Below are positions 22,960 to 35,300 of a stretch of 64,000 nucleotides of DNA, one piece after another. The position numbers were made by a program, and so were the translations under genes. The stretch spans positions 15,562,001-15,626,000 of the forward strand of contig OZ024766.1 in NCBI GenBank assembly GCA_964016885.1. The letters are read 5' to 3'. The notes under the pieces are model-generated. The model saw nothing but the letters and a program-made list of their open reading frames with translations. It ran no database searches and had not been told where the DNA came from. Every line of letters starts with the position of its first letter. Positions within the stretch are counted from its first letter, which is position 1. This DNA is from Eledone cirrhosa (lineage: Eukaryota).

Positions 22960-22980
22960 TATATATATATATATACACAC
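19939..22980 (-). CDS. RTE ORF: APE endonuclease plus reverse transcriptase with PHD-type insertion (1013 codons open; listed ATG lies in the flanking microsatellite)
   Basis: GTINVGTL, IQETRW, GDLNGH, VDYIL, QH; YRGIKL, QFGF, AFVDLEKAFD, GVHQGCVLSPLLF, YADD, FRYLG. Confidence 0.85.
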   Translation of the reverse strand: MCIYIYIPPNTIQNFRIGTINVGTLKGRSNEVVEMLEHKEVDVCCIQETRWRGGSARFIVGKKRCYKLFCVGNDNGLGGVGIMLAEKWVDKIIDVNRVNDRIIKIRLVLNRTTVTVISAYAPQSGLPGAIKDRFYETLMLSTSQITDSDYIIIAGDLNGHVGQHCDGYDGIHGGYGFGTRNEEGSRTLEFCDANNLTICNTNFKKRDNHLITYRSGEHTSQVDYILTRGRDRVSIVNTKSLPHEECTSQHSLLISDLIVRTRRTRQQKRTILRRKIWKLKDPTARNKFQSMLLDAFDSKEEQLESDNIEEQWEFLKANLLMAANEVCGWSRLVGRRRVTWWWRSQLRPKSRLGKYGGSREDYQVARREARRQVYFSRREAEERKFKHVLQREVFRIARQCVKENRDIVGEKCVLNDDGVLAITDADKKVAWKCHYERLLNEENKWEKDSLPHIDPIEGPAVLVEGSIISKAIKDMKMGKAAGPSEIVAEMLKASGTVGHTMVTRIVNQVIQNGVVPKDWRSSIIINCYKGKGDALDRSNYRGIKLIDQVMKVTEKVIAQLIRERIDLDEMQFGFVSGKSTTDALFIVRQLQEKYLAKSKPLYLAFVDLEKAFDRVPRSIIWWALRKLGVDEWLVRAIQAMYKETVSKVRINNEYSEEFSVKVGVHQGCVLSPLLFIIALQAITVEFKTGCPWELLYADDLTLISESMAELEKKFQTWKHGLESTGLKINLAKTKVLVCRKENKATVPSGKWPCSVCRKGVGRNSMLCPKCKVWVHKRCSGITGKLTKNIDFTCGRYSGAISSSKCPQNTSSFNCAEGSIEIVDSFRYLGDKISSGGGCSESTVARVRTGLKKFRELIPLLATKGFSLKMKGRLYDACIRTAMLHGSETWALCAEDIRRLERNKACMLHWMCNSNIRERQSISELRKKLEIRGIRCSLHERRLRWYGHVMRMKDDSCITKCRAIKIDGSYGVGRPRKTWDELINSDLTHLHLSKTMSLDRDLWRYSVIEKTRLT

Positions 22981-24539
22981 ATATATATGCCATTATAATT
23001 TATTGTCACGACAGGAAAACCTTTAATTATAAGTTTACTTGATCATACAAACCTGGGACTTAATTTAAGCCAGGCGGTGTTGTCTCCCTTAGCACTAATC
23101 ACTGAATTAATATCCAGTAACGTCTGGTTTTCTGCTTGGTTTAGTTAAGCCTTTATCATTAACGTTACACTATATTTACTATTATATTTTCGCAGTAAAC
23201 ATAATTATCTCACAAAATATTGAATCTATGAGATTTTGATATTTATTTTGGGAACAATACCTTAACATCAGCATGAGCGGCTTGTTAGGGCCAGTTAGAA
23301 CAGAACATGTAAGAGAATTCTGGCCGGATACGGACGGTTTAAATAAATGATTTAATAAATAACAGCTCTATTGAAACACTACTGTGTTGTTCTGAGATGA
23401 TTTCAGTAGAATTTCAAATGGTAGGACAAATATATTCTACATTTACTTTAATATAGATTTAAACAAAGACGGTAGAATGACAGAATTGGTAGAGTGTCAG
23501 ATAACCTACCATTGCAGTATTTGTCCTGGTTTTTAATATTCTGAGTTCAAATCCCACTGAGGTAAATTTTATATTTTATTCTTCTAGGCTGGATAAAATA
23601 TATTATATGTACTACGGTTGATTTAATAAACTTTGCCCTTCCCCCAAAATTGCTGGTCTTGAGCCTAATTTACAAATAAATAGAGATTTAACAAGTTTGT
23701 TGCTTCAAATTTCTCAAAACACTTTTATTTAGTGTGACTAGTGCAGTAAATTGGCAGTGATCGGTAGAGCGTCAGACAACAAACTTTGCATCATATAGTT
23801 ATGTCCTGTTACATTCTGAGTTCAAATCATGTGGAGGGTAGCTTTCCCTTTCATCCATACATGGTTGATAAAATAAAGTACCAGTAATGCACTCAGGTTG
23901 ATTTAAGTTTCTCCACCCCCAATATTATTGGGTCTACATCAAATACCATTATTTACTGTGTCTAAGAACATTCAGTAACCTATACTATCACTACCCCAAT
24001 GATACCAGCCAAGACAGTGTCTAAAAATTCTCTCTGGCCTGCAGAAAGCCAGGTACCAGTTGCCTCATGCTCCTGGCTAAGGACAGAATGGAGAAAGGGT
24101 TAACCTGGAAGATAGTGAGGGAGATGTGTTGAAGTAGCCATTAAAACTTCTGGGGCCTCACATGTTTTAAAAACAACAATGTCCAATAGAATTTTAAACA
24201 TTTCAAATACCAATGAAGTGTTTGTGTTTGATTTATTCTAACTACTTTCAAGATATCATTACATATGGTGTTCTTAACAGATATTTAGATGGGAAAATAA
24301 CAAAAATATGGAATCACAGACTGGACAAATTCCTCAAATGTAACTCTTTACTTAACAAAAATAGATTGAATTTCAGGAGATAAATATAATTTATTTATCA
24401 TTATCATCATCATTTTACGCCCGCTTTACCCTGCTTGCAAGGGTGGGACGGGAACTGATTCTGGCTTTATTATATATTATGAAAATAATTTACTCAAAAA
24501 TGAAAGAAAACCAGGAAAAAACATATACACTGCATCAAT

Positions 24540-24830
24540 TACACACCACAAGAGGGAATGTTAGTGTTGGCCTCTAACATATCAGAGATAAGACAGCATT
24601 GCCTCAGATGATAGAGAGTCTCCCACTAATGCAATACAACAGGGAATGTTGGTGCTGACCTCTAGTATTTCTGAGATACAGCATTACCTCAGATGATAGA
24701 GGGTCCTCCACTAATGCAATACAACAGGGAATGTTGGTGTTGACCTCTAGTATTTCTGAGACACAGCATTACCTCAGGTGATAGAGAGTCTCTCACTAAT
24801 GTAATACAACAGGGAATTTTAGGTATTACC
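24540..24830 (+). repeat. ~87-bp tandem repeat, 3-4 copies
   Basis: acaacagggaatgttggtg...cattacctcagatgatagag repeated. Confidence 0.8.
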
Positions 24831-25039
24831 GAAAAAAAAAAGAAATCTTGTATATCTATCATTAAAAATGAATTTAGGAAGACAAAAGTTAGACATGCAA
24901 AGAATTTTGTTTCTAGTTAAAAACATATTTAAGAAATGGAATCTGTAGAAGTGTTATGGTTACATTTTTGATATTGGTGGACAATAAGTTTAGACTGGTA
25001 AAAGGAAGGGTATCTCAGAGTTCACAGTTAAATAGTTTT

Positions 25040-25270
25040 ATCCCCAGTGTGTGTGTTTCTAAGTTACTGTTAGTCACAAAATATTTCCCACATATTTCAC
25101 AGGGGAAGGTCCTTTATCTGCAGTCTGACTATGTGGCCAACACGAGTAGAATTCTGAATAAAAGATGTCCAACATGTTTCACACTGGAAGTTTCTTTCCT
25201 CCAGTCTGAAGGCATATATGATTATTTCTCACATGAAATGAAATATTTAATCATGTAGGAACGCCTACCT
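25040..25270 (-). pseudogene. Decayed C2H2 zinc-finger remnant
   Basis: Minus strand tgtgaaatatgtgggaaatatttt (CEICGKYF) and tgtgaaacatgttggaca, with frameshifts. Confidence 0.6.
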
Positions 25271-25899
25271 TGAAACATGTAGCTCATTCTATGTTATCTA
25301 TACAATATTAACTTTCACTTTAACATGAGATAATTACTACATAAAATATAATTAGATTAATTAAAGTTATAATTAAGATGGCAGGTACATGGTGTCGTTG
25401 ACAGTGTTTCCTTTTCCGGATGGTGACATGACTTAAGAGTCCCCTACATAATTTAATACATTCAGAAACAACTTCAGTTATATCAATTCACACGTTCAAT
25501 CAATATGTTAGTTCTTTATTCAGATTTGTGTAAATAACATTCGGAATTTTATATAACTGTTCATATTAAACCAAAATACATTATTAAAGGTAATAAAATA
25601 TTTAAGAAATGGAAATGAAAAGAAGGAAAACGTAAACGAATCAAGCAACAAAAACAATAGGTGAGGGTGAGGGACAAACACTATATTCCCGTCTGAGCTG
25701 TGATTCAGCCCCACCCTACAGACAAAAAGACAACAGTGTTACCACAAAGAATAGCCAGAGACAACCACCTCATGGGTCTCCTTCCTCAAGTGGGCTGTTG
25801 TCTTTCTAATTTTGAGAAGGAAATCAGCAGTGTGGGGACAGAGAGAAAGTGGTTGGTTAGGCAGCACAGCAGAAATTGAGAGGTTGAGTGCTACTGTTA

Positions 25900-26225
25900 T
25901 TAACAATAGATGTGGTTGATAGCTTCTTCTATCTAAGTGACCTAATCAGCAGCAAAGGACGGTGTGCCAAGAGTAGAGTGGCTTGAATAAGGATAGGATG
26001 GAAGTTTAGTGAACTACTACTGCTGATAACATAAGGTTTCTTCCTACACACAAAAGGAAGGGTATATAAAGCCTGTGTGAAGTGCACAATACTGCATGGT
26101 AGAGAAACATGGGCTGTGACTGCAGATGATGCGGTTAGACTGGAGAAAAATGAAGCAACCATGTTTTGTTGGGTCTGCAACGTATATGTGAGAGAAATAC
26201 AGAGCTTGAACAGGCTGAGGAAATC
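25900..26225 (+). mobile_element. Old RTE RT/thumb fragment
   Basis: Degenerate VDSF.YL, GWKFSELL, GR.Y.ACV, HG.ETWAVTA, RLEKNEA. Confidence 0.7.
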
Positions 26226-27050
26226 CTAGTGGAAGGAAGCTGCAGGAATATTCATTGTGTAATTTTTTGTTGGTGTCCAAATGAATAATTGTTGCTACAC
26301 TCATACACTCTCATATACATATACTAAGACAGACACACACATAGCATTCCACCTTATTTTTGTGACATTCGCTACACCAAATGAAAATAAAAATTACCAC
26401 ACATACTGAGACAAACACACAGACATACATTCACACACACACCTGTCTGTCATCACATATGTATCTGTATGTGTTTATTTCTGTGAGGCCTAACGTATGT
26501 AACCAAGACACATACACACTCATATACAATGTGACATCATCGTCATGGTAGCTTACTATAGTTTACTATGGAAATATTATTTTAGATAAATTGTTTTAAT
26601 CCAAATGAAAATAATAATTACATGTTGACACTCTCGGAGCCTAATACTATTACCTGGTAAAATTTGTATTGATTTGATCCAGGCGCTTGAGAAAGCATAG
26701 CAACAGACGGACAGACAAATAATTTTATATATAGAGAGATCATTAATATTAATTAGGTGAGGTGGATTAGCCAGAACGATTTAACTCTTCTCTTTTAGAT
26801 GCCATGATCTTCCATGGCATTCCTGAGATCATTAATCTGCAGCTGGACATCCAGAGACATCTGATCTATGTAAGTCAATCTCAGTCATCCCACTAGGGTC
26901 TTACTATGTTTAGGTATCCACAACATTCTTCAGTAGCAATGTCCAGCATATCTTGTCCTCCGTTCCCCACTTATTGTGGTAATCTTCAATATATGGCAGT
27001 ATATTTCTTCCGTTTGAATGAGTAATATATATATATGTATATATTTAAAA

Positions 27051-27099
<49 letters not shown>

Positions 27100-27187
27100 G
27101 ACATATATGTTGAGATAAGATCTTTCAACCTTCACATTTTATCTTCTTCAATCCAGAGTGTGTCTGTATATTTGTGTGTTTCCTATT

Positions 27188-28216
27188 TCACATTGATGGG
27201 GTTAATCGCAAGTGTTGATTACGTTTGTGAACAACCAGTGAAGAATTCTGAGTGAAAGATTTCCCACATATTTCACATGAAAAAGGTTTTTCTCCTGTGT
27301 GTATTCTTTTGTGATCTACAAGTGTAGAATTACTAGAAAAAGATTTGCCACATATTTCACAATGGAAGGGTTTTTCTCCAGTGTGTATCCTTTTGTGTTT
27401 TACAAGAGAAGAACCTCGAGAAAAAGATTTCCCACATATTTCACACGAATAAGGTTTTTCACCATTGTGTATTATTTTGTGTTTTACAAGTGTAGAATTA
27501 CTAGAAAAAGATTTGCCACATATTTCACAATGGAAGGGTTTTTCTCCTGTGTGTTTTCTTTTGTGATATACCAGATGCGAACCTTGAGAAAAAGATTTCC
27601 CACATATTTCACATGAATGAGGTTTTTCTCCAGTGTGTATTCTTTTGTGATCTACAAGACTAGAACCTTGAGAAACAGATTTCCCACATATTTCACATGA
27701 ATAAGGTTTTTCGCCTGTGTGCATTCTTTTGTGTTTTACAAGGTGAGAACCTTGAGAAAAAGATTTCCCACATATTTCACATGAATGAGGTTTTTCTCCT
27801 GTGTGTATTCTTTTGTGATCTACAAGACTAGAACCTCGAGAAAAAGATTTTCCACATATTTCACATGAATAAGGTTTTTCTCCTGTGTGTATTCTTTTGT
27901 GATCTACAAGATGAGAACTATGAGAAAAAGATTTCCCACATATTTCACATGAATAAGGTTTTTCTCCTGTGTGTATTCTTATGTGAGCTACAAGACTAGA
28001 ACCTTGAGAAAAAGATTTCCCACATATTTCACATGAATAAGGTTTTTCTCCAGCGTGTGTTGTTCTATGTGTTTTCAAGTCACTGCTCCAAACAAAAGAT
28101 TTCCCACATATTTCACAATGGAAGGGTTTTTCTCCAGTGTGTATTTTCCCATGTGAGGATAGTTTCAGTTTTGAAGGGAATGTTTTTCTGCAAATCTCAC
28201 AGCTATATTCAGACAT
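27188..28216 (-). CDS. C2H2 zinc-finger protein, 12 tandem fingers, no effector domain (copy C)
   Basis: Intact 342-aa ORF; all fingers keep C-x2-C-x12-H-x3/4-H with TGEKP-type linkers; in-frame TAA 7 codons upstream of the ATG. Confidence 0.9.
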   Translation of the reverse strand: MSEYSCEICRKTFPSKLKLSSHGKIHTGEKPFHCEICGKSFVWSSDLKTHRTTHAGEKPYSCEICGKSFSQGSSLVAHIRIHTGEKPYSCEICGKSFSHSSHLVDHKRIHTGEKPYSCEICGKSFSRGSSLVDHKRIHTGEKPHSCEICGKSFSQGSHLVKHKRMHTGEKPYSCEICGKSVSQGSSLVDHKRIHTGEKPHSCEICGKSFSQGSHLVYHKRKHTGEKPFHCEICGKSFSSNSTLVKHKIIHNGEKPYSCEICGKSFSRGSSLVKHKRIHTGEKPFHCEICGKSFSSNSTLVDHKRIHTGEKPFSCEICGKSFTQNSSLVVHKRNQHLRLTPSM

Positions 28217-28631
28217 ATTTCTAGCTAGTGATCTTTACATAAAGGATTCTCACTACTTTTACTGATACATTAAGAAATGTAGGTATGCTATGTAGTCTAA
28301 TAGACAAAGAGTCCATAAAAGACTTCAGAACTCAGCTCTCTTCTTCTACAAGTTGTAATGTAGCATTTAGTTGGTACAAGTAATAAGATATATGTCAGTG
28401 CAAGACTGATCTTGGATGAAGAAAAGGCAAGTGCTTATATATATGTGTGTGTGTTTGTGATTATTATGGAATATACCACTATTATTATTGTTAAGGTGAG
28501 AGAAGCTCTATTCACAATAAAATCCTCAGCTCATAAAACAGACGAATAAGACTTCTATAGTTAAGGTTCTTGTTATTGAGGACAGTTCAGGTGACAAGAG
28601 AATTAATATCCATAATTTCAAAAGATGAAGG

Positions 28632-28675
<44 letters not shown>

Positions 28676-29152
28676 CATACAGTGTGTGTAGAAATATGTG
28701 TGTAGGTGTTGTAATAAATCAAGATATTTCACTTCAGATAGAAAAGTTCACAATGTTTGTGTTGTGGTGGAAAACGAAATAATACGTACTTTAGTTGTCA
28801 AGACCAAATATAAAGTCAAGAAAAGTTAGTAAAAACTAAATGTTCACTGATTTCTCATTAAAATAATATTTTCCTGTCCTGTAAAATGTTGAACAACCAC
28901 TTCAATATTTAATAATACAGGTGATAAAACAACAACTATAAGGTAAATAAGTCACCTTATGTTATTTACAAACATTAACGTCCACCTTAATATGAAATAA
29001 TCACCATAAAAGATAAAATTAGATGAGGTTTAAGTTGTAACAATGGAGCTGATATAAATGGTAATATTTCACCGTCTAGATGAGACCGGTGTCATGACTT
29101 AAAAGTCCCCCTCATAATTTAATACATTCAGAAACAACTTCCGTTATATGAA

Positions 29153-29639
29153 CTAGCAGAAAACTACCTTCGGGTGGTTTTCTGCTCGCATGTGTAGTGT
29201 GTATATTGATATTATACACAGGTATATATATATATATACATGTAGATATGATACATGAAATAAAATCGTAATTGACAATATATAATACACAGAAATTGAA
29301 CGAAGACTGTGTTACATTGTCTTATGTAATCAGTAACGTAATCCATGATACATTAAAAAAGACGATATTATATATAAACTGCATTAGGAGAAAATTAGTG
29401 ACAGAAAATTAATAGTTTATTGAAGTGATGGCCAACCGGAAGTGTTGACATTTCAGAAATTTTAAAGAAGTGAATCTTTAAATAAACAAAATATATTTAA
29501 TCAACAGCCACGATATTTAGTAGATAAATTATGTAATATTCATTCATTATTTATTCAAAGTAATCCAACTTATTTTACTAATGGGATAAAAAATTATAAA
29601 CCGTTCACAATCGCGCACCTTCTTTTATTATAGTTTAGA
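29153..29639 (-). mobile_element. Non-autonomous Helitron (487 bp)
   Basis: Minus strand A|TCT...hairpin (gcagaaaaccacc-cgaa-ggtagttttctgc)-CTAG|T; no TSD; empty site gttatatcaa|ttcacacg in the paralog near 25486. Confidence 0.85.
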
Positions 29640-29804
29640 TTCATACGTTCAATAGATATGCTAGTACTTTATTCAGATTTGAATAAATAGCGTTATTAAT
29701 TTTATATAACTGTTCATATTAAACCAAAACTCATTATTAAAGGTAATCAAATATTTAAGTAATGGAAAAAAAACAAACGAATCAAACAACGAAAATAAAT
29801 GTTT

Positions 29805-29982
29805 TTGCTTTTGGCACAAGGCCAGAAATTATCCCAGTGCATTACTGGTACTTTATTTTATCGACCTCGTAAGGATGAAAGGCAAAGTTAACCCTGGCGG
29901 GATTTGAACTCAGATCATAAAGGGAGGTAACTCTATGCTACAAAGCATGGCGTCCGATGCTCTACCGACACTGCCAATCCAA
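29805..29982 (-). mobile_element. tRNA-derived SINE (Meta-domain-like core)
   Basis: Nearly identical to 8300-8480; absent from the paralogous segment near 25650. Confidence 0.75.
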
Positions 29983-30739
29983 CGAAAATAACGGGAGAGG
30001 GACAGACTTTATATTTCAGTCTGAGCTGTGATTCAGCCCCACCCTACGGACAAAATGATAAAGGTGTTACCACAGAGAATAGCCAGAGACACCCACTGCA
30101 ACATCCACCCCACCTCAGACTACTTCCTCAAATGGGCTGCTGTGTTTCTAATTTTGAGAAGGAAATCAGCAGTGTGGGGACAAAGAGGAAGTGGTTTGTC
30201 AGGCTCCGGTATTTAACTATCTCCCTCTTCTCTCTATTGCAGGTAGTAAACCTGGGTTTGTGGCTGAACGGAAAATGTTGGAGGCAAAGAATGATCTAAC
30301 CCATGCTAAACCTCCAACTAAAGCTGATACTTGTCTTTTTCAGCTGTGGAGATTAGGGACATGTGGAATGATGTGTCTTGCTTAAGGTCACAATGTACCT
30401 CCCTAACTGAGAATTGAAAACATGATATTACCATATGTTGTATGACTTCACTATACAATATATATGTGTTTGTATACATATATATAGTATATATTTGTGT
30501 GTATACATTGTCTCATTCCATGAGAGTAACTTGGTCAACCTATGAACTCCTCATCCGACACTTCTATATGTATATACATGTTTGTCAGTGTGTGTGTACA
30601 TATGTATATAGAATATTGTCACAACATATACACTATATATAATATTATCCAATATATATAGACTATATGTCATGTTGTCCAAGCGAAAGGCTGATATAGA
30701 TCGGCACCTGTGACATTACAACTATTATATACACTATAT

Positions 30740-33700
30740 ATCATCATCATCATTATCATTTAATGTCTGTCTTCAACGCTAGCATGGGTTAGACGGGAAT
30801 TGTCCCACTTGAGGCAGGATTGATCGGGTGACTGTGTCTTGCTCGTATAGGACTGTATCTGGCAGGTTTTCTACAGCTAGATGCCCTTCCTAACACCAAC
30901 CACATTTCCAGTGTGGACTGGGAGTCTTTTCGTGATGACACCTACACTACCTCTTTAGTTTGGACTGGATGTTGTGGTACCAACATAACTTTACAGAGAC
31001 AGTGTGGTGTTCGTGGGAGTGGGAGGATGGCGTAGGGGTTGTGGGTTGGGGTGTATATTTGGTTAGGAGGGGACTACTGACTGTAGGTTAACTTTGCACG
31101 TAGGGAAGGCAGGTCTTCTCTGTTACTGTGTGGTGCCATAGATCTCGATCCAGTGACATTGTCTAAGAGAGGTGTAAGTGTGCAAGTTTGGATTTTATGT
31201 CGTCCCAGGTTTTTCTGGGTCTACCTATTCCGTAACTTCCATCAATGTTGATCACCCTGCACATATTTATAAAGATGTCATCTTTCATGCGCATCACATG
31301 ACCATACCAACGTAATATTCTCTCAAGTAAACAGCATCTGATCCCTCTTATTCCTAATTCTCACTTAGTTCCTTAATTTTTTGCCATTCATGTCTCACAC
31401 ATCAACAGATCATGCATGCTTCATTCCTTTCCAATCTGTGCAGGTCCTCTGCACACATTGCCCATGTCTCACTGCCATGTAGCATTGTTGTTCGTATGCA
31501 CGCATCATACAATCTGCCTTTCATTTTTAGAGAGAAACTTTTTGTGTCTAAGCAGCAGTATAAGATCTCTGAGCTTTTTCCATCCCGTTCTAACTCTGGC
31601 TACTACACTTTCAGAGCACCCTCCACCACTGCTGATTTAGTCATCCAGGCAATGGAAAGTGTCCACTATTTCTATAGAACCATCTGGGCAGTAGAAGGTG
31701 CTAGTATCCTGTGGGTACTTGCTGCTTATTTCAAATGAGCATCGGACACATACAAAATCTACATTCTTAGATAGCTTACTTGTGATCTCACTACATCTTT
31801 TATGTACCCATAGTTTGCATTTGGGACATAGAATGGAATTTATACCTACTCCTTTCCTACACACTGAGCATGGCACCAGTGCCCTATTTTCTTTTCTACA
31901 TACTAGACCTTTAGTCTTAGACAAGTTAACTTTAGGGCCTTTTGATTCAAGGCCATGCCTCCACTTTTGGAATTTCTTCTCTAGTTCAGCCATAGATTCG
32001 GCTATGAGAGTTAGATCATCTACATATAGAAGTTCCCATAGGCAGCTGGTCTTAAACCCCTCTGTTATAGCCTGAAGGGCAATAATAAACAGGAGGAAGC
32101 TAAGGATGGGCCTTGCTGAACACCTACTTTTACGCTTAATTCTTCACTATATTCATTGTTAATTCTAACCTTGCTGACTGTTTCTTTTACATGGCTTGTA
32201 TAGCTCTCACAAGCTATTCATCTACTCTTACTTTTCTAAGGGTCTACCAGATAATGGAGCAGGGGACTCTGTCAAAGGCTTTCTCCAAGTCAACAAAAGC
32301 TAAGTATAAGGGGTTTACTTTTAGCTAGGTACTTCTCCTGTAGTTGCTGTACAAGGAAAAAAGCATCTGTGATACTTTTACCTGACACAAACCAAAACTG
32401 CATTTCATCTAGATCAATTCGATCTCTGATTAGTTGTGCAATAACTCTTTCTGTGAACTTCATGACCTGGTCAACTACCTTAATGCCTCTATAGTTTCCC
32501 CTATCTAGGGCATCTCCTTTACCCATGTAACAGTTAACGATGATGTTGCTACGCAAGTCATCTGGTATGACCCCATTCTGTATTACTTGGTTTACTATCT
32601 GTGTGACCATAATATGTTCCACCATTCCAGATGCTTTCAACATCTCAACAACTATCTTCAAAGGCCCAGCTGCCTTGCCCGTCTTCATATCTTTGATTGC
32701 CTTACTTACTATACTACCATTAACTTGCACTGCTGGTCCCTCTATCGGATCGATTTGGGCAGACTATCTTTTTCCCATTTATTCTCCTCATATAGTAGCC
32801 TTTCGTAGTGACACTTCCAAGCTATCTTCTTATCAGCATTAGTGAGGGCAAGTACACCATCATCCTTACAGACACACTTCCCCCTGACAATATCACGGTT
32901 TTCCTTGACACTTTGTTTTGCGATCCTGAACACCTCACGTTGTAGAACATGCTTGAACTTTCTATTCTCTGCTTCCCTTCTTGCAAAGTACAATTGTCAC
33001 CTAGCCACCTAATAGTGTTCACTACTTTCCCCATCCCACAATACTTTCCAAGCCTGATTGTCTCCTCCACCTCCAAGTTACTCTCCTCCTGCCTATAAGT
33101 CTGCTCCAGCAACAGATTTCATCTGTCACCTTCAGCAGGTTAACTTTCAAGAATCCTCACTGTTCCTCTATATTGTATGTCTCTAATTGCACCTCTTTAC
33201 TGTCAAAAGCATTAACTAATATGCTTTTAAATTTGTCACTGGCTGTGAGGTCCTTCAACTTCCATCTTCTCCTCAAGGTAGGCCTCCTCTGTTGTCGAGT
33301 ATGTCTAGTCCTGACTATGAGGTCACTAACTACTAGGCTATTTTGGGAGGTGAATTCTTCACAGGGGAGGGAATTAGTGTTTACAACAGACACTGTCACA
33401 CCTAGTAAGGAAATAATCTATCTGGCTGGCGTGTTCCTCTGATCTACAGGTGACCAAGTCATTGTCTCGTTTTTTGAAGTTTGTGTTACAGATAGTTAGG
33501 TTATTAGCGTCACAAAATTCCAGGATTCTGGAGCCTTCCTCATTTTTAGTACCAAACCCATAGCCTCCATGGATTACATCATAGCCATCACTATGTTGTC
33601 CAATGTGACTATTTAGGTCACCAGCAATAATTATGTAGTCACTGTCGGTTATTTGGGAGGATGTAAGCATTAGCAAATCATAGAACCTGTTTTTTATAAC

Positions 33701-33945
33701 ATCAAGTAGACCAGATTGGGGTACATAAGTGGATATTATTGTCATAGTTGTTCTATTTAGAACTAGTCTTATTTTAATTATTCTGTCGTTCACTCTATTT
33801 ACGGCAATTACCTTATCTACCCATTTCTCTGCTAACATAATTCCTACTCCACCCAGCCCTTTGTCATTTCCCATCCAGAAAAGTTTATAGCATCGTTTTT
33901 TACCCACAATGAATCTAGCAGACCCACCCCTACACCTAGTCTCTA
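30740..33945 (-). mobile_element. RTE family 2, older decayed copy
   Basis: Collinear with 19430-22959 but with many stops and frameshifts; (GAT)n tail. Confidence 0.9.
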
Positions 33946-34439
33946 GAACACACGCATATATATATATGATTTCTATATATCTATACATTGTTGTCCAAAG
34001 ATATGGCTGAAACAGGTTGACACCAAAGATGTCACAGCTCATCATTTAATGTCCAATCTGATGAGTTCCACTCCACTTGCTAAGGTCTGGGATGTTGAGA
34101 TTTGTTACAAAAGTATCACTAAAACCAAGATACTGGGTTGGTATAACTACCTGGTTTGTATGTGGTGTGGTGTGGTTTGGTGTGTGGTGTGGTATGTTGT
34201 GGTGTGGTATGTGTTGGATGTGGTGTGGTGTGGTATGTGGTGTGGCGTGGTATGTGTGTCTGTTGTGTGGGATGGGGTGTGTATTGTGGTGTTTTGATGT
34301 GGTATGTGTATGTGTGTGTGTGCAGAGTGATGTGTTGTTGTAAAGAGGAAATTTTACACACATAGGACCTAGAAGGGGTGTGTGAGGACTCTACCCCCTA
34401 CAACCCTCTCAGAAATAAATGGCTGAAGAAAAAGAGAAG

Positions 34440-35300
34440 AAAGTTGTAAAGTATTTTCAAATGTGAATTATTTTTTTAAAAAGTCATAATTTCAACTGTC
34501 ATGAAAGTACCATTCAACAAATATTAAAGTTATAGAATTGTTTTTATTTACACATAAATGTGGATATTTTGTCATAAATATAAACCAGTTAAGGTTTATA
34601 AAATAAACACATAATTCTTTTGTTATGTTTTTTAATGATGTAGTCATAGGGGTGTCACTGTGGACATTTGAAGCTTGGTGGAGCTCTTCACTCACCAGGT
34701 CTGAACAGTTGATTTCTTCCAGAGAAGGAGAGAGAGGAAGTGAGAAAGAAATATAGAGAGGAAGATCAAACCCCTGTGGTAGACTGGTTCTTTTTGTTAT
34801 CAACCTTGAATGGATGAAAGACAAAGTTGACCTCAGCAGGATTTAAACTCAGAGAGCTGAGAACCAGAACAAATATGGCAGAAAGCATTCTATCTATTGT
34901 TTTATAGAGTTTAAATAACTGTTTCAACTTTTAACTCAAGGCCAGTAATTGTAAGGGAAGGAGAAAGTTGATTAAATCAACCCCAGTGGATTACTGGTAC
35001 TTTATTTTACTGAACCTGTGAGGAAGAAAAGTAAAGCTAACCTCAATAGGATTTTAACACATAATGTAAAGGGATGTAACTATATGACACATCGCCTGAC
35101 ACTCTACTGATTCGGCCAATCCACCAGCTTCAACAATGAAATGAGATTGTGTCTCTGTAATAGCCCTTAATGACAAATAATATGAAGGGGTACTTTCTAG
35201 AAGGTGTATTTGTTAATTACAATACAAAACCTCTGAGAATGATTTCCAACATATTTCACCATAATAAATGTTCATCAATATATATTAATATTATTATTAC
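34440..35300 (-). repeat. Third paralog of the ZNF intergenic block
   Basis: 34630-35295 matches 15355-15990; 34440-34710 matches 63715-64000. Confidence 0.8.

Larger units (their letters stand above)
23385..25270 (-). repeat. Diverged paralog of the ZNF-D downstream region (58980-62350)
   Basis: 23385-23570 matches 58980-59160; 24234-24390 matches 61205-61380; 24540-24830 matches 61490-61975; 24960-25100 matches 62120-62260. Confidence 0.8.

Noticed and set aside
26570-26740. Helitron-like 5' end (minus strand atctctctatatataaaa...gtctgtccgtctg)
   Set aside because: No matching hairpin-CTAG 3' end could be located, so it was not annotated as a feature.
34054-34075. CTGATGAG as a hammerhead core
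   Set aside because: There is no stem II or GAAA partner nearby.
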